A DNA stretch of 48,135 bases from an uncultured Gammaproteobacteria bacterium (GCA_964516045.1 CAZEWM010000001.1:1-48135), one strand, 5' to 3'. Counted from the stretch's first letter, positions 8,380-21,438 are shown. Program-made: numbers and translations. The notes: a model not told the origin generated them from the letters alone.

Positions 8380-9659
8380 ACGCTCGACTTTTCTATGCGA
8401 CGCTCAAGTGGGCGTATACGCGCGGTTTTCACCACGTTGTCTTGAATCTGAATGATGTCGATCGGGTAGCCTTCGATCATCAAAGAGGTGCCTGCTTCTG
8501 GTAGTGTTTGCAGGTATTCGACAATCAAGCCATTCAGTGTTTTTGGCCCTTCGGTGGGTAGCTCCCAATGCATGTTGCGAGATAGCTCTCGCAGCAATGC
8601 GGTGCCATCTACGAGATAGCTGCCATCATCTTGAGGATGTACCGACGCAATGTGATCAGATGGGTCAGTTGCGAATTCACCTACAATCTCTTCGAGTAGG
8701 TCTGCCATGGTGAGTAGGCCATGTACATCGCCGTATTCATCGACAACTAAGCCCCAACGGCGTCTGTTTCGTTGGAAATTAATCAGCTGTTTGTTAAGCG
8801 GTGTGCCTTTCGGGATGAAGTAGGGTTCGCGGACAAGCTCGCGCAGTTCTTCGTGAGTAAGCCCATCACTATCAAGTGCTTCTTTCAGAATGTTGCGTGA
8901 GTGAATAAAGCCAAGTACGTGGTCGATGCTACCTTCGTAAACCAACACGCGAGTGTAAGGACTCTGTTGCAGTTGATCGAGAATCTCACTGATCGGCGCA
9001 TCAATATCGATACCGTCAAGTTGAGTGCGTGGAACCATGATGTCTTCAACGTAAGTTTTCTCAAGATCGAGAATGCTTAACAGCATGCGTTGGTGCTTAT
9101 GTGGAATCATGGCGCCAGCTTCATTTACTACGGTTTTAAGCTCTTCGCGACTCAATGCTTGTCCATCACTGTCTTCTTGGTAGATACCAAGTAACTTAAG
9201 AATGGAGTTCGCCATCAGGTTAACTAGCCAAACCAGTGGGAACATGACCTTAAGCAGCGGTGTGTAGATCCAAGCGGCAGGGAAGGCAACTTTTTCAGGA
9301 TGCATGGCAGCTAGGGTTTTGGGTGCTACTTCAGAGAAGATCAGAACCACAAAGGTGAGGATGCCAGCGGCGATTGCAATCGCACCGTCTCCACCGAGTC
9401 GCAGTGCAATCAAGGTCGCTAGCGATGAGGCCATGATGTTGACGAAGTTGTTGCCAAGCAGAATCAAGCCGATTAAGCGATCAGGCTTCTCAAGCAGCTT
9501 GGCTGCGAGTTGCGCGCCAGTGTGTCCCTCATCTGCAAGATGCTTGAGGCGATAACGGTTGAGCGTCATCAGTGCGGTTTCTGAGCCAGAGAAAAATGCA
9601 GACAGGAAAAGTAAGAATACGAGTGCGCTAAAAAGCACACTAAGGGGTATGTCGTCCAA
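8376..9659 (-). CDS. HlyC/CorC (CNNM) family transporter: DUF21 membrane domain + CBS pair + CorC_HlyC domain
   Basis: N-terminal DUF21 pattern (FFSGSETALMTLNRYRL), a central CBS pair, and a C-terminal CorC/HlyC transporter-associated domain (DGSYLVDGTALLRELSR...). Its stop overlaps the radA stop. Confidence 0.88.
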   Translation of the reverse strand: MDDIPLSVLFSALVFLLFLSAFFSGSETALMTLNRYRLKHLADEGHTGAQLAAKLLEKPDRLIGLILLGNNFVNIMASSLATLIALRLGGDGAIAIAAGILTFVVLIFSEVAPKTLAAMHPEKVAFPAAWIYTPLLKVMFPLVWLVNLMANSILKLLGIYQEDSDGQALSREELKTVVNEAGAMIPHKHQRMLLSILDLEKTYVEDIMVPRTQLDGIDIDAPISEILDQLQQSPYTRVLVYEGSIDHVLGFIHSRNILKEALDSDGLTHEELRELVREPYFIPKGTPLNKQLINFQRNRRRWGLVVDEYGDVHGLLTMADLLEEIVGEFATDPSDHIASVHPQDDGSYLVDGTALLRELSRNMHWELPTEGPKTLNGLIVEYLQTLPEAGTSLMIEGYPIDIIQIQDNVVKTARIRPLERRIEKSSV

Positions 9660-9716
9660 AAGTTGGTTGCTCGTCTCTAGAAGATGTTTCTATTCTCGGA
9701 AGGGGGATGCCGAGTG

Positions 9717-10097
9717 TCAAGGTTTAGGCTGAATCACTAGCGCAGCTGTGCGGTCTTCGCCAAGAAGGATATTAAAGGTGCGGCAAGCGGATGGGGTATC
9801 CATGACCTCATAGCCAATCCTTTGATCCATCAGGCGGATAAGCGTGCGAGGCTCGGGAAATTGGCAGTTATCGCTGGTCGCTAGGATGACTACCTCAGGG
9901 GCTTGTTTGACCACCGCGGCCAGGGTTTCTTTCGCAGTCACGCTTTTATCCTCGCTTGGCCAGTCGATAGGTGCGCCAGCATTGAAAAGGATGAGCCCAT
10001 TTTGATGATCAAAGCGGCGGCCGCGCACGGTTAACGATTCACCATCGAAGGCGTCAATCAAGTTTTGTCCGGCAGCTTCGTCGAGCACCATTTTCAC
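9717..10097 (-). CDS. Mth938-like (DUF498) domain protein
   Basis: 126 aa with a Mth938/NDUFAF3-like pattern (...PEVVILATSDNCQFPEP...GYEVMDTPSACRTFNILLGEDRTAALV). Lies 57 nt upstream of the CorC-family gene on the same strand. Confidence 0.65.
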   Translation of the reverse strand: MKMVLDEAAGQNLIDAFDGESLTVRGRRFDHQNGLILFNAGAPIDWPSEDKSVTAKETLAAVVKQAPEVVILATSDNCQFPEPRTLIRLMDQRIGYEVMDTPSACRTFNILLGEDRTAALVIQPKP

Positions 10098-10167
10098 GGT
10101 GTGGACTCCTTGTGGTCATCTAGGGCTGAGATGTTAACGGAAAGTGGCTGTAATGGCCTTGATTTCA

Positions 10168-10196
10168 TTGACATATGAGGGCTCACTCAGTACTTT
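10168..10196 (+). promoter_or_regulatory. Candidate sigma70 promoter for the aminotransferase-hom operon (TTGACA-17-TACTTT)
   Basis: Perfect -35 TTGACA at 10168-10173, 17-nt spacer, weak -10 TACTTT at 10191-10196, in the divergent intergenic region. Confidence 0.3.
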
Positions 10197-10246
10197 TACC
10201 GGCTTATTTTTCCCTTTCTCTGGTTGAGGTCTCTGTGTCACTCAGT

Positions 10247-11434
10247 ATGGACGATTTTAGTCGCATCAAGCGTCTGCCCCCGTATGTCTTCGCTATAGTA
10301 AATGAGCTGAAGGCCGCGGCGCGAGCACGTGGTGAGGACATCATTGACTTCGGTATGGGAAATCCAGATCAACCCACCCCACAACATATCGTTGATAAGT
10401 TGGTTGAGTCGGCGCAACGTGGTGATACCCACCGCTACTCGACGTCTAAAGGTATTCCTCGTCTGCGTCGTGCCATCTGTAATTGGTATAAAGATCGTTA
10501 CGATGTGGATCTAGATCCTGAGACACAAGCCATTGTGACCATTGGCTCGAAAGAGGGCTTGGCTCACTTAGCCTTGGCCTGCATGGGGCCTGGTGACTCG
10601 GTGTTGGTGCCAAATCCTGCGTATCCAATCCATCCTTACGGTTTCATCATCTCAGGTGCTGATGTGCGTCATGTGCCGGTGACGGGCGAGATCGATTTCT
10701 TTGAAGCGCTTGAAAAAGCGATTCGTGAATCGTGGCCTAAGCCTAAGATGTTGGTCTTGAACTACCCAGGTAACCCAACCGCAGAATGTGTGGAACTTGA
10801 GTTCTTCGAGCGCGTGGTTGCGATTGCCAAAGAGCATAAGATTTGGGTTGTGCAAGACTTGGCTTATGCCGACATAGTATTTGATGGCTATAAAGCACCA
10901 TCTATCCTTCAGGTTGAAGGTGCCGATGAGATCGCAGTTGAGTTCTTCTCAATGTCGAAAAGTTACAATATGCCGGGTTGGCGTGTTGGCTTTATGGTCG
11001 GTAACAAAACCTTGGTGGCGGCATTAGGTCGCATTAAGTCTTATCTTGACTACGGTACGTTCACGCCAATTCAAATCGCGGCTATCTCAGCATTGGAAGG
11101 TCCGCAGGATGTTGTTGAAGACATTCGCAAGATGTATGAGCAGCGCCGTAATGTGCTTTGTGAAGGCTTGCACCATATTGGCTGGACTGTCGCGATTCCT
11201 AAGGCGACGATGTTTGTCTGGGCAAAAATTCCCGACGCATATAAAGAGATGGGCTCATTAGAGTTTTGTAAAAAGTTATTAAAGGACGCAAAGGTTGCTG
11301 TTGCACCAGGTATTGGCTTTGGTGAGTATGGCGATGATCATGTGCGTTTTGGTTTGATCGAGAATGAACATCGTACGCGTCAAGCAGTGCGTGGTATTCG
11401 CGATATGTTCCGCAAAGATGGTTTGCTCGACTGA
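10247..11434 (+). CDS. Class I/II PLP-dependent aminotransferase (AlaC/aspartate-aminotransferase-like)
   Basis: [22 protein letters not shown]... N-terminus, NPxNPTG-like motif (NYPGNPTA), PLP-lysine motif [16 protein letters not shown]. Start trimmed from the track's 10175 to the ATG at 10247. An aminotransferase-hom pairing is common in beta/gammaproteobacteria. Confidence 0.9.
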   Translation: MDDFSRIKRLPPYVFAIVNELKAAARARGEDIIDFGMGNPDQPTPQHIVDKLVESAQRGDTHRYSTSKGIPRLRRAICNWYKDRYDVDLDPETQAIVTIGSKEGLAHLALACMGPGDSVLVPNPAYPIHPYGFIISGADVRHVPVTGEIDFFEALEKAIRESWPKPKMLVLNYPGNPTAECVELEFFERVVAIAKEHKIWVVQDLAYADIVFDGYKAPSILQVEGADEIAVEFFSMSKSYNMPGWRVGFMVGNKTLVAALGRIKSYLDYGTFTPIQIAAISALEGPQDVVEDIRKMYEQRRNVLCEGLHHIGWTVAIPKATMFVWAKIPDAYKEMGSLEFCKKLLKDAKVAVAPGIGFGEYGDDHVRFGLIENEHRTRQAVRGIRDMFRKDGLLD

Positions 11435-11458
11435 GCACGCGGACAACAGGAGTTGTAA

Positions 11459-12769
11459 ATGAAGCCGGTTAAAGTTGGTTTATTAGGTTTAGGTACTGTC
11501 GGCGGCGGTACTTTGAACGTATTGGTGCGTAATGCACAAGAGATTGCACGTCGTGCCGGTCGTGAGATTGTGGTTAGCCATGCGGCAGCACGTGACTACG
11601 ATCCATCGCAGCTTGAAGGCTTGGAAAGTGTCGAAATTTGTAACGACGCATTCGATGTTGTTGCAAACCCAGAGGTCGATATCGTTGTTGAATTAATCGG
11701 TGGTTACTCGCCAGCAAAAGAACTGGTGATGAAAGCGATTGAGAACGGTAAACACGTGGTAACTGCAAACAAAGCGTTGATTGCGATGCACGGTAATGAG
11801 ATTTTCACCGCTGCACAAAAGCAGGGCGTAACGGTAGCGTTTGAAGCGGCTGTTGCGGGTGGTATCCCAATTATCAAAGCCTTGCGTGAAGGCTTGTCTG
11901 CAAACCACATCAATTGGATTGCCGGCATCATCAACGGTACCGGTAACTTCATCCTGACTGAGATGAAGGAAAAGGGCCGTGACTTTGCTGATGTGTTGAA
12001 AGAAGCACAAGAACTTGGTTATGCCGAAGCAGACCCAACCTTTGACGTCGAAGGTATTGATGCAGCGCATAAGCTGACTATTTTGGCATCACTGGCGTTT
12101 GGTATACCGCTGCAGTTTGAAAAATGTTTTACCGAGGGTATCAGTAAGATCGAGCCACAAGATGTGACCTACGCTGAAGAGTTTGGTTATCGCATTAAGC
12201 ATCTGGGTGTAACACGTAAGACAGAAGCTGGTGTTGAATTGCGTGTTCATCCAACATTGATTCCTGAGAAGCGTTTGATCGCTAACGTAAATGGCGTGAT
12301 GAATGCGGTATTGGTTAATGGTGATGCAGTAGGCCCTACCTTGTATTACGGTGCAGGTGCTGGTTCTTTGCCAACCGCATCTGCCGTTGTTGCAGATGTG
12401 ATTGATGTGGCGCGTGCGCTAACAACAGATCCAACAAACCGTGTTCCGCACTTGGCTTTCCAACCGGGTGAGTTGTCAGATACGCCAGTGCTCAGCATGG
12501 ATGATGTTGAAACAGCATATTACTTACGTATGACGGTTGAGGATAAGGCTGGCGTGTTAGCTGCCATCGCAGGCATCTTAAGTGAAGCGGGTATCTCTAT
12601 CGATGCGATGCAACAGAAAGAGCCCGGTGATGCAGATGATTACGTGCCATTGGTTATGTTGACTCACAGCGTGCGTGAAGCAGCTATGAATACTGCTATC
12701 GCTAAGATCGAAGGCTTGGGTGCTGTTCGTGGTTCTGTTACCCGTATCCGAGTTGAACAGCTGAGCTAA
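11459..12769 (+). CDS. hom: Homoserine dehydrogenase (with C-terminal ACT domain)
   Basis: N-terminal Rossmann motif VGLLGLGTVGGG. Catalytic region DPTFDVEGIDAAHKLTILASLAFG. ACT-like C-terminus (YYLRMTVEDKAGVLAAIAGILSEAGISI). SD CAGGAG upstream. Confidence 0.95.
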   Translation: MKPVKVGLLGLGTVGGGTLNVLVRNAQEIARRAGREIVVSHAAARDYDPSQLEGLESVEICNDAFDVVANPEVDIVVELIGGYSPAKELVMKAIENGKHVVTANKALIAMHGNEIFTAAQKQGVTVAFEAAVAGGIPIIKALREGLSANHINWIAGIINGTGNFILTEMKEKGRDFADVLKEAQELGYAEADPTFDVEGIDAAHKLTILASLAFGIPLQFEKCFTEGISKIEPQDVTYAEEFGYRIKHLGVTRKTEAGVELRVHPTLIPEKRLIANVNGVMNAVLVNGDAVGPTLYYGAGAGSLPTASAVVADVIDVARALTTDPTNRVPHLAFQPGELSDTPVLSMDDVETAYYLRMTVEDKAGVLAAIAGILSEAGISIDAMQQKEPGDADDYVPLVMLTHSVREAAMNTAIAKIEGLGAVRGSVTRIRVEQLS

Positions 12770-12773
12770 TCGT

Positions 12774-13694
12774 TTGACCCACTATGTGGTAGCGCCAAGG
12801 TTATCGACACCGCCCAAAGGTGTGGCTGATCTTGGCGCTTTGTCGTCTTTAAAGCCTTTACATCGTTTTCTTGCGCGCACGGATCGTCATGATCATCTTG
12901 GCGATTTCGAACACATTATTTGGTCGTTGTTTGGCTTGCCTGAGTTAAAGGGCGATGTGCCACTGGCCGCATTACGCTATCAGCAAGATGCATCTTTGCC
13001 CGCATTGCATGCAGGGCAGCAGGTTTTGTTGCTTGATTGGCTCTATCTCAAACACGATCAAGATCGCCTGCTAGGCTTTGAGTTGCCTGCGGAAGCCTTA
13101 ACACATGATCAGCGCGCTTCTTTAGTGGCTTATCTGAATGATTTTTTACAAGACGATGGCTTGAGTCTTTGTGTAGGTGAAGATCAACAGTGTTATGTAA
13201 TCAGCGATTCGATATGGAATATAAGAACCTCATCTGTGCGTCAGGTGGAAGGGCGTAATGTTGATCTAATGATGCCGAAGGGTGTTGATGCGCTTCGCTT
13301 TAAAAAGTTACTTAATGAACTACAGATGTTGTTGCATCAGTGGCCTGAAAATCAACAGCGTGAGTTAGATGGCAAAGTGACAGTGTCGTCGCCCTGGGTG
13401 AGTTTTATTGGTCATGCTGAAGCGTTAGAGTCAGTGGGTTTTCAGCAACTCAATGCCTCGCCGTTATGGATCCAGCAATTACAGCATCTGGCATCCCAGA
13501 AAACCGAGCATCAGCTGTCAGTGTTCACCGAATTTATGGATGCTGAGGCACACTCGGATGCTGAAGCTTGGTGGCTTGCAGCGCAACGCTTAAATACATG
13601 GGTTACTCAACACTCTATGCGTGACGTGGTGTTGTTTGATGCAGATGGACGACGTTTTGAGAACTATCAGCCATGGAGGCTGTGGCGTCGATAG
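12774..13694 (+). CDS. Conserved hypothetical protein (no confident family assignment; non-ATG start)
   Basis: 306-aa ORF starting 4 nt after the hom stop. It has no in-frame ATG for more than 150 codons, so TTG 12774 or GTG 12786 is the likely start. The central segment LLNELQMLLHQWPENQQRELDGKVTVSSPWV recalls a conserved-hypothetical family sometimes labelled RpfE-type/COG4255. This is from memory and unverified. Confidence 0.6.
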   Translation: MTHYVVAPRLSTPPKGVADLGALSSLKPLHRFLARTDRHDHLGDFEHIIWSLFGLPELKGDVPLAALRYQQDASLPALHAGQQVLLLDWLYLKHDQDRLLGFELPAEALTHDQRASLVAYLNDFLQDDGLSLCVGEDQQCYVISDSIWNIRTSSVRQVEGRNVDLMMPKGVDALRFKKLLNELQMLLHQWPENQQRELDGKVTVSSPWVSFIGHAEALESVGFQQLNASPLWIQQLQHLASQKTEHQLSVFTEFMDAEAHSDAEAWWLAAQRLNTWVTQHSMRDVVLFDADGRRFENYQPWRLWRR

Positions 13695-13703
13695 TGAGGG
13701 GGA

Positions 13704-13728
13704 GCTGACCTCGTGAAGAGGTCAGCTG
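13704..13728. terminator. Perfect 10-bp inverted repeat between convergent genes (possible bidirectional terminator)
   Basis: agctgacctc (13704-13713) / gtgaa loop / gaggtcagct (13719-13728). Lies between the stops of the hypothetical ORF (+) and queF (-). No clear U-tract on either side. Confidence 0.5.
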
Positions 13729-13734
13729 TACAAA

Positions 13735-14124
13735 TTAAGGTAGATGAACAGGCTCTGGTGCTACCCAGCCTTCTTTTCGATGTTCAGCAACCACTTTGGT
13801 ATAGACCCCGCCGCGAACATTGAAGTCTGCGGTTAATCGCATAAATCGTGGTTGAGTCGCTTCAACTAAATCGGCCAAAATTTTGTTTGTCATCGCCTCG
13901 TGGAAGCCGCCTTCTTCGCGGAATGACCAGATATACATCTTAAGCGCCTTAAGCTCGACGCATTTTTCATCGGGGATGTAATCGAGAAAGAGTTCTGCGA
14001 AGTCAGGTTGACCTGTCTTCGGGCATAGGCACGTGAACTCCGGCATCCTGATATGGATGGTGTAGTCGCGCCCTGGGTTGGGGTTATCAAAAGTTTCTAG
14101 GTCTTTGCTTGGAACTGATCCCAT
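13735..14124 (-). CDS. queF: NADPH-dependent 7-cyano-7-deazaguanine (preQ0) reductase, short unimodular type
   Basis: Catalytic-Cys region [14 protein letters not shown] and QueF motif [14 protein letters not shown]. Length 129 aa, typical of type I QueF. Confidence 0.92.
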   Translation of the reverse strand: MGSVPSKDLETFDNPNPGRDYTIHIRMPEFTCLCPKTGQPDFAELFLDYIPDEKCVELKALKMYIWSFREEGGFHEAMTNKILADLVEATQPRFMRLTADFNVRGGVYTKVVAEHRKEGWVAPEPVHLP

Positions 14125-14313
14125 GACACATCTCTATGAATTACAACAGGTTGCGGAGTATATCGGAACCACTGCCTGAGTGTGCGCTCTATAGACCTAA
14201 ACAGCTGGGTTTTTTTGGGTGGTTTTTGGGCTTGCGAAAAGGGGTGAAAAAGGTTCGATTTTGACCGCCATTTGCTTGTCCGTGACAGGTCCATTCGGGT
14301 ATCTTTACCGGCT

Positions 14314-17300
14314 ATGCGACTAGAAAAAATTAAACTCGCGGGCTTCAAATCCTTTGTCGACCCGACCACTGTTCACTTCCCCTCAAATCTCGTCGGAATC
14401 GTCGGTCCAAACGGCTGTGGTAAGTCGAATGTTATCGATGCGGTGCGTTGGGTTATGGGTGAAAGCTCAGCCAAGATGCTGCGTGGCGAATCGATGGCAG
14501 ATGTCATCTTTAATGGCTCGACAAGCCGTAAGCCTGTGGGCACAGCCAGTATCGAGCTTGTTTTTGATAACAGCGATGGCGGTGCTGGTGGTCAGTTTGC
14601 GCAATACGCCGAGATTTCGGTAAAGCGTCAAGTGACCCGTGATGGTCAGTCGCTGTATTTCTTAAATGGTGTGAAGTGTCGTCGTCGCGATATCACCGAT
14701 CTGTTCTTAGGTACCGGCCTCGGCCCTCGAAGCTACTCGATTATCGAGCAGGGCATGATTTCGCGCATCATTGAAGCACGTCCTGAAGAGTTGCGTGTTT
14801 ATCTAGAAGAAGCCGCAGGCATCTCCAAATACAAAGAGCGCCGTCGCGAAACCGAAAATCGTATTAAGCACACCCGTGAAAATCTTGAGCGTTTGGATGA
14901 CTTGCGTGAAGAGGTTGAAAAGCAGTTGGTGCGTTTAGAGCGCCAAGCAGCCACCGCTGAAAAATACAAAGTTTTGCGTGACGATGAGCGTCGCTCACGC
15001 GCTGAACTGCTTGCTTTACGTCTGACGTCGATGCGTGAAGATGTTGAGCGCCATGATCGTAAGATTGCGGAACAACAAAACGCGCTTGAAGCAGTTGTTA
15101 CTGAGCAACGTGGTGTCGAATCTGAAATTGAATCACAACGTGCGGCGCATCTTGAGGCGAATGATCACTTCAATCAGATACAAGGTCAGTTCTATTCAAT
15201 CGGTTCTGAGATTGCGCGTTTGGAAGAGGCGATTCAGTTTGCGCGTGAACAACGACGCCAACAAGAGTCTGATTTAGAACAAGCGAAGCATGCGTTGAAA
15301 GAAGCGCAAAGCTTGAGTGAGCAAGATAACAGTAAGCTGCAAGAGCTCGCTGATCAGCTAGAAAAAGATCGCCCGATGCTGGAAGAGCTGCGCGTAGCTG
15401 AGGAGGCGGCGCGCCAGACCTTGCAAGATGCTGAGCATGCGATGCAGAAGTGGCAAAGTGAGTGGGATGAGTTCACCGCAAAGTCGAATGAGCCTTCACA
15501 GCAAGCTCAGGTTGAGCGCACACGAATTAATCACATTGAGCAGCAAGAACAGCAGCTCAAGCGTCGTATTGACCGTAATCGTGAGGAGCAAGCGCGTTTA
15601 GGGGATATCACTCTAGAAGCTGAGATCAAAGAACTACAGCGTCGCGAAGAAGAAAGTGCATCTGTCGTTGAGTCTGCGCAGACGCAAGTGACCCAAGCGC
15701 AACAACAGATTGAGCAAGCGCGCGATCAGATTAACGAGCAGCAACAAAAGCTGAATGAGTCACAATCTGAATTGCAAACCTTGAGTGGTCGTTTGTCTTC
15801 CCTCCAGGCATTACAGCAGGCGGCAAAAGGTGAAGATAACGAAGCCTTGAATAGCTGGTTATCAAGCAAAGGTTTAGAAGCGTCATCTCGACTCCTTAAT
15901 ACCATCGAAGTCGATTCTGGTTGGCAAACGGCTGTAGAGGTGGCTTTGGGTCATCACCTGCAAGCGGTAGTTGTCGATGATTTGAATGGCTTTGGTCACG
16001 ATGTCGAGGCAATGGCTAAAGCGGGCGCTAAGTTATTTGCAACATCGGCATCTGCAGGTGCGGCGGTTGCGGGTTCTTTAGCGGAAAAGGTTAAAGGTCC
16101 TCCGGGCTTGCAGCATTTATTAGGTTCTGTTTTGTGTGCAGATGATGTGCAAAGTGCGCTTGCGAAGAGTGGTTCGTTACAAGCCGGTCAGTCTTATATA
16201 ACGCCTCAGGGTGCCTTGGTGGGTCAGGGGTGGTTAAGTCTACATCGCAGTAATTCTGAGCAAGATGGTGTTTTAGCACGTGAGCAAGAGATCCGTCAGC
16301 TTACACAACGTGAGCAAGATCTTGGTCCTGCTATTGCGTCATTACATGAAACACTAAACGCTGCACGTGAAACGTTAAAAGCGGCAGAGTTTGAGCGCGA
16401 TCAGACGCAACAAAAACGTGATGCAGCGAACAAGCAGCTAAGTGATGTGAAGTCTTTGCTCAGTGGCAAGTTGGCGCGTGCGGAACAGGTTCAACAGCGT
16501 GTTCAAGGCTTGGTTGAAGAGGGCAATGAACTGGCTGAGCAATTAACCCAAGGCGAGAAAGATATGGAAGCGGCGCGTAGTCGTTTACATGCAGCACTCG
16601 CTGAAGTGGATCAGTTAGGTAAGAAGCGTGACCAGATGAGTGCTGAGCGTGATTCGCATCGTGGTTCGCTTGATCAGGCGCGTGAAGCCGCGGCCGTAGC
16701 ACGCAACAAGTTACATGAAGTGCAGTTGCGTGTGGAATCCACGCGAACATCTGAAGATTCTCTGCGTTCGGGTATCGATCGCATGCACTCGCAAGTTTCA
16801 CAATTGACTAGTCGTGTTGAAGAGCTGAATCAGATGTTGGGTGATGGTGCATCACCTGTGGGAGAGCAACAGCTTGAGCTTGAACAAAAGCTTGCTGCTC
16901 GTGTCGACGCTGAAAAGGCGCTTGGTGAAGCACGTAAGCAACTCGAAGCGATTGATCATCGTTTGCGTGAGTTAGAGCAGGGCCGTCATTCTGTTGAGCA
17001 GCGCGTGCAAGACGAGCGCGGCAAGTTAGATGCGGCGCGTATGGCTCGCCAAGAGGTTGTAGTTCGAGGCGGCACGATTGAAGAGCAGTTGTCTGAAACT
17101 GGCTTTGAATTGCAGGTGCTGATTGATGAGATGCCAGAAGACGCTAATGCGCAAAGCTGGCAAAACAAAGTTGAAGATCTTGCAATGCAGATTCAACGTC
17201 TAGGCCCGATTAACTTAGCGGCGATCGATGAGTTCAAAGAGCAAAGTGAGCGCATGGATTATTTGAATCGTCAGAACGCTGACGTGACCAAATCGCTGAC

Positions 17301-17814
17301 GACGCTTGAAGAGGCCATCAAAAAGATCGATCGTGAAACGCGTACGCGTTTTAAAGAGACCTTCGATAAAGTGGACAACGGCTTTAAAACCTTGTTCCCT
17401 AAACTCTTTGGTGGCGGCCATGCCTACCTTGAGTTGACCGGTGAAGATCTGCTGGATACAGGTGTCACCGTTATGGCCCGTCCACCGGGTAAGCGTAATT
17501 CCAGTATTCACTTGTTATCAGGTGGTGAGAAAGCAATGACCGCAGTTGCGTTGGTCTTCTCGATTTTCCAATTGAACCCATCACCCTTCTGTATGCTCGA
17601 CGAGGTCGATGCGCCGCTGGATGATGCCAATGTGGGTCGCTACTCGAATTTGGTTAAAGAGATGTCTGAACACGTTCAATTCATCTTTATTACCCACAAT
17701 AAAGTGACAATGGAGATTGCAAATCAGCTCTCAGGTGTCACTATGCAAGAACCAGGTGTATCTCGACTCGTATCTGTCGACATTGAAGAGGCGGCCACGA
17801 TGGCGGCACTTTAA
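14314..17814 (+). CDS. smc: Chromosome partition protein Smc
   Basis: MRLEKIKLAGFKSF N-terminus, Walker A GPNGCGKSN, very long coiled-coil with a central hinge (GWQTAVEVALG...), signature LSGGEK, Walker B CMLDEVDAPLD. Start trimmed from 14272 to the ATG at 14314. Confidence 0.95.
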   Translation: MRLEKIKLAGFKSFVDPTTVHFPSNLVGIVGPNGCGKSNVIDAVRWVMGESSAKMLRGESMADVIFNGSTSRKPVGTASIELVFDNSDGGAGGQFAQYAEISVKRQVTRDGQSLYFLNGVKCRRRDITDLFLGTGLGPRSYSIIEQGMISRIIEARPEELRVYLEEAAGISKYKERRRETENRIKHTRENLERLDDLREEVEKQLVRLERQAATAEKYKVLRDDERRSRAELLALRLTSMREDVERHDRKIAEQQNALEAVVTEQRGVESEIESQRAAHLEANDHFNQIQGQFYSIGSEIARLEEAIQFAREQRRQQESDLEQAKHALKEAQSLSEQDNSKLQELADQLEKDRPMLEELRVAEEAARQTLQDAEHAMQKWQSEWDEFTAKSNEPSQQAQVERTRINHIEQQEQQLKRRIDRNREEQARLGDITLEAEIKELQRREEESASVVESAQTQVTQAQQQIEQARDQINEQQQKLNESQSELQTLSGRLSSLQALQQAAKGEDNEALNSWLSSKGLEASSRLLNTIEVDSGWQTAVEVALGHHLQAVVVDDLNGFGHDVEAMAKAGAKLFATSASAGAAVAGSLAEKVKGPPGLQHLLGSVLCADDVQSALAKSGSLQAGQSYITPQGALVGQGWLSLHRSNSEQDGVLAREQEIRQLTQREQDLGPAIASLHETLNAARETLKAAEFERDQTQQKRDAANKQLSDVKSLLSGKLARAEQVQQRVQGLVEEGNELAEQLTQGEKDMEAARSRLHAALAEVDQLGKKRDQMSAERDSHRGSLDQAREAAAVARNKLHEVQLRVESTRTSEDSLRSGIDRMHSQVSQLTSRVEELNQMLGDGASPVGEQQLELEQKLAARVDAEKALGEARKQLEAIDHRLRELEQGRHSVEQRVQDERGKLDAARMARQEVVVRGGTIEEQLSETGFELQVLIDEMPEDANAQSWQNKVEDLAMQIQRLGPINLAAIDEFKEQSERMDYLNRQNADVTKSLTTLEEAIKKIDRETRTRFKETFDKVDNGFKTLFPKLFGGGHAYLELTGEDLLDTGVTVMARPPGKRNSSIHLLSGGEKAMTAVALVFSIFQLNPSPFCMLDEVDAPLDDANVGRYSNLVKEMSEHVQFIFITHNKVTMEIANQLSGVTMQEPGVSRLVSVDIEEAATMAAL

Positions 17815-17835
17815 TCAACCGTAAGGGGGATAACG

Positions 17836-21110
<3,275 letters not shown>

Positions 21111-21186
21111 TCTTTTAAATCCTGAATTGTTTCAGTCCTGAAAAACATGCCGATGTTCTCTCCTCATATTCCACAAGGAGAGATAA

Positions 21187-21438
21187 ATGAAACTACTCAA
21201 AACACTGTCTATCGCTAGCGTGATGGGTGCTATGTCGCTTTCAGGTAATGTTCTTGCTGATAATGTTTGTAAAGGCATGGCTGAGAATGATTGCTCTACA
21301 TCTAATGCTTGTCGTTGGGTTGATTCGTATAAGCGCAAAGATGGCCGCGACGTACAGGGCTATTGCCGTAATGCACCGCGTAATATGAAAGATATTTCAG
21401 GCATGCTCGACAGTATGAAAAAGCCAGCAGATTCCTAA
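21187..21438 (+). CDS. Small secreted protein, 83 aa, four Cys in the mature part (unknown function)
   Basis: AAGGAGAG SD 5 nt upstream. Sec-type signal peptide MKLLKTLSIASVMGAMSLSGNVLA/DN. The mature ~59-aa basic peptide has C-x7-C-x5-C-x20-C. Own terminator downstream. Confidence 0.65.
   Translation: MKLLKTLSIASVMGAMSLSGNVLADNVCKGMAENDCSTSNACRWVDSYKRKDGRDVQGYCRNAPRNMKDISGMLDSMKKPADS

Noticed and set aside
10184-10248. 9-nt direct repeat CACTCAGTA (10184-10192 and 10240-10248) upstream of, and overlapping, the aminotransferase start codon.
   Set aside because: It is a single short repeat in a 150-nt region. A rough chance expectation is a few percent, and there is no associated structure or known motif. 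Not enough to call a regulatory site.
14125-14200. Looked for a preQ1 riboswitch or other structured leader upstream of queF (minus strand).
   Set aside because: The leader is short. It contains a plausible TATACT -10 but no preQ1-type hairpin with an A-rich tail that I can recognise. queF is not normally riboswitch-controlled in proteobacteria.
14097-14369. 90-aa minus-strand ORF spanning the queF/smc divergent intergenic region.
   Set aside because: It overlaps the 5' ends of both queF and smc, and its translation has no recognisable features. It would leave no room for the two promoters. Judged spurious.
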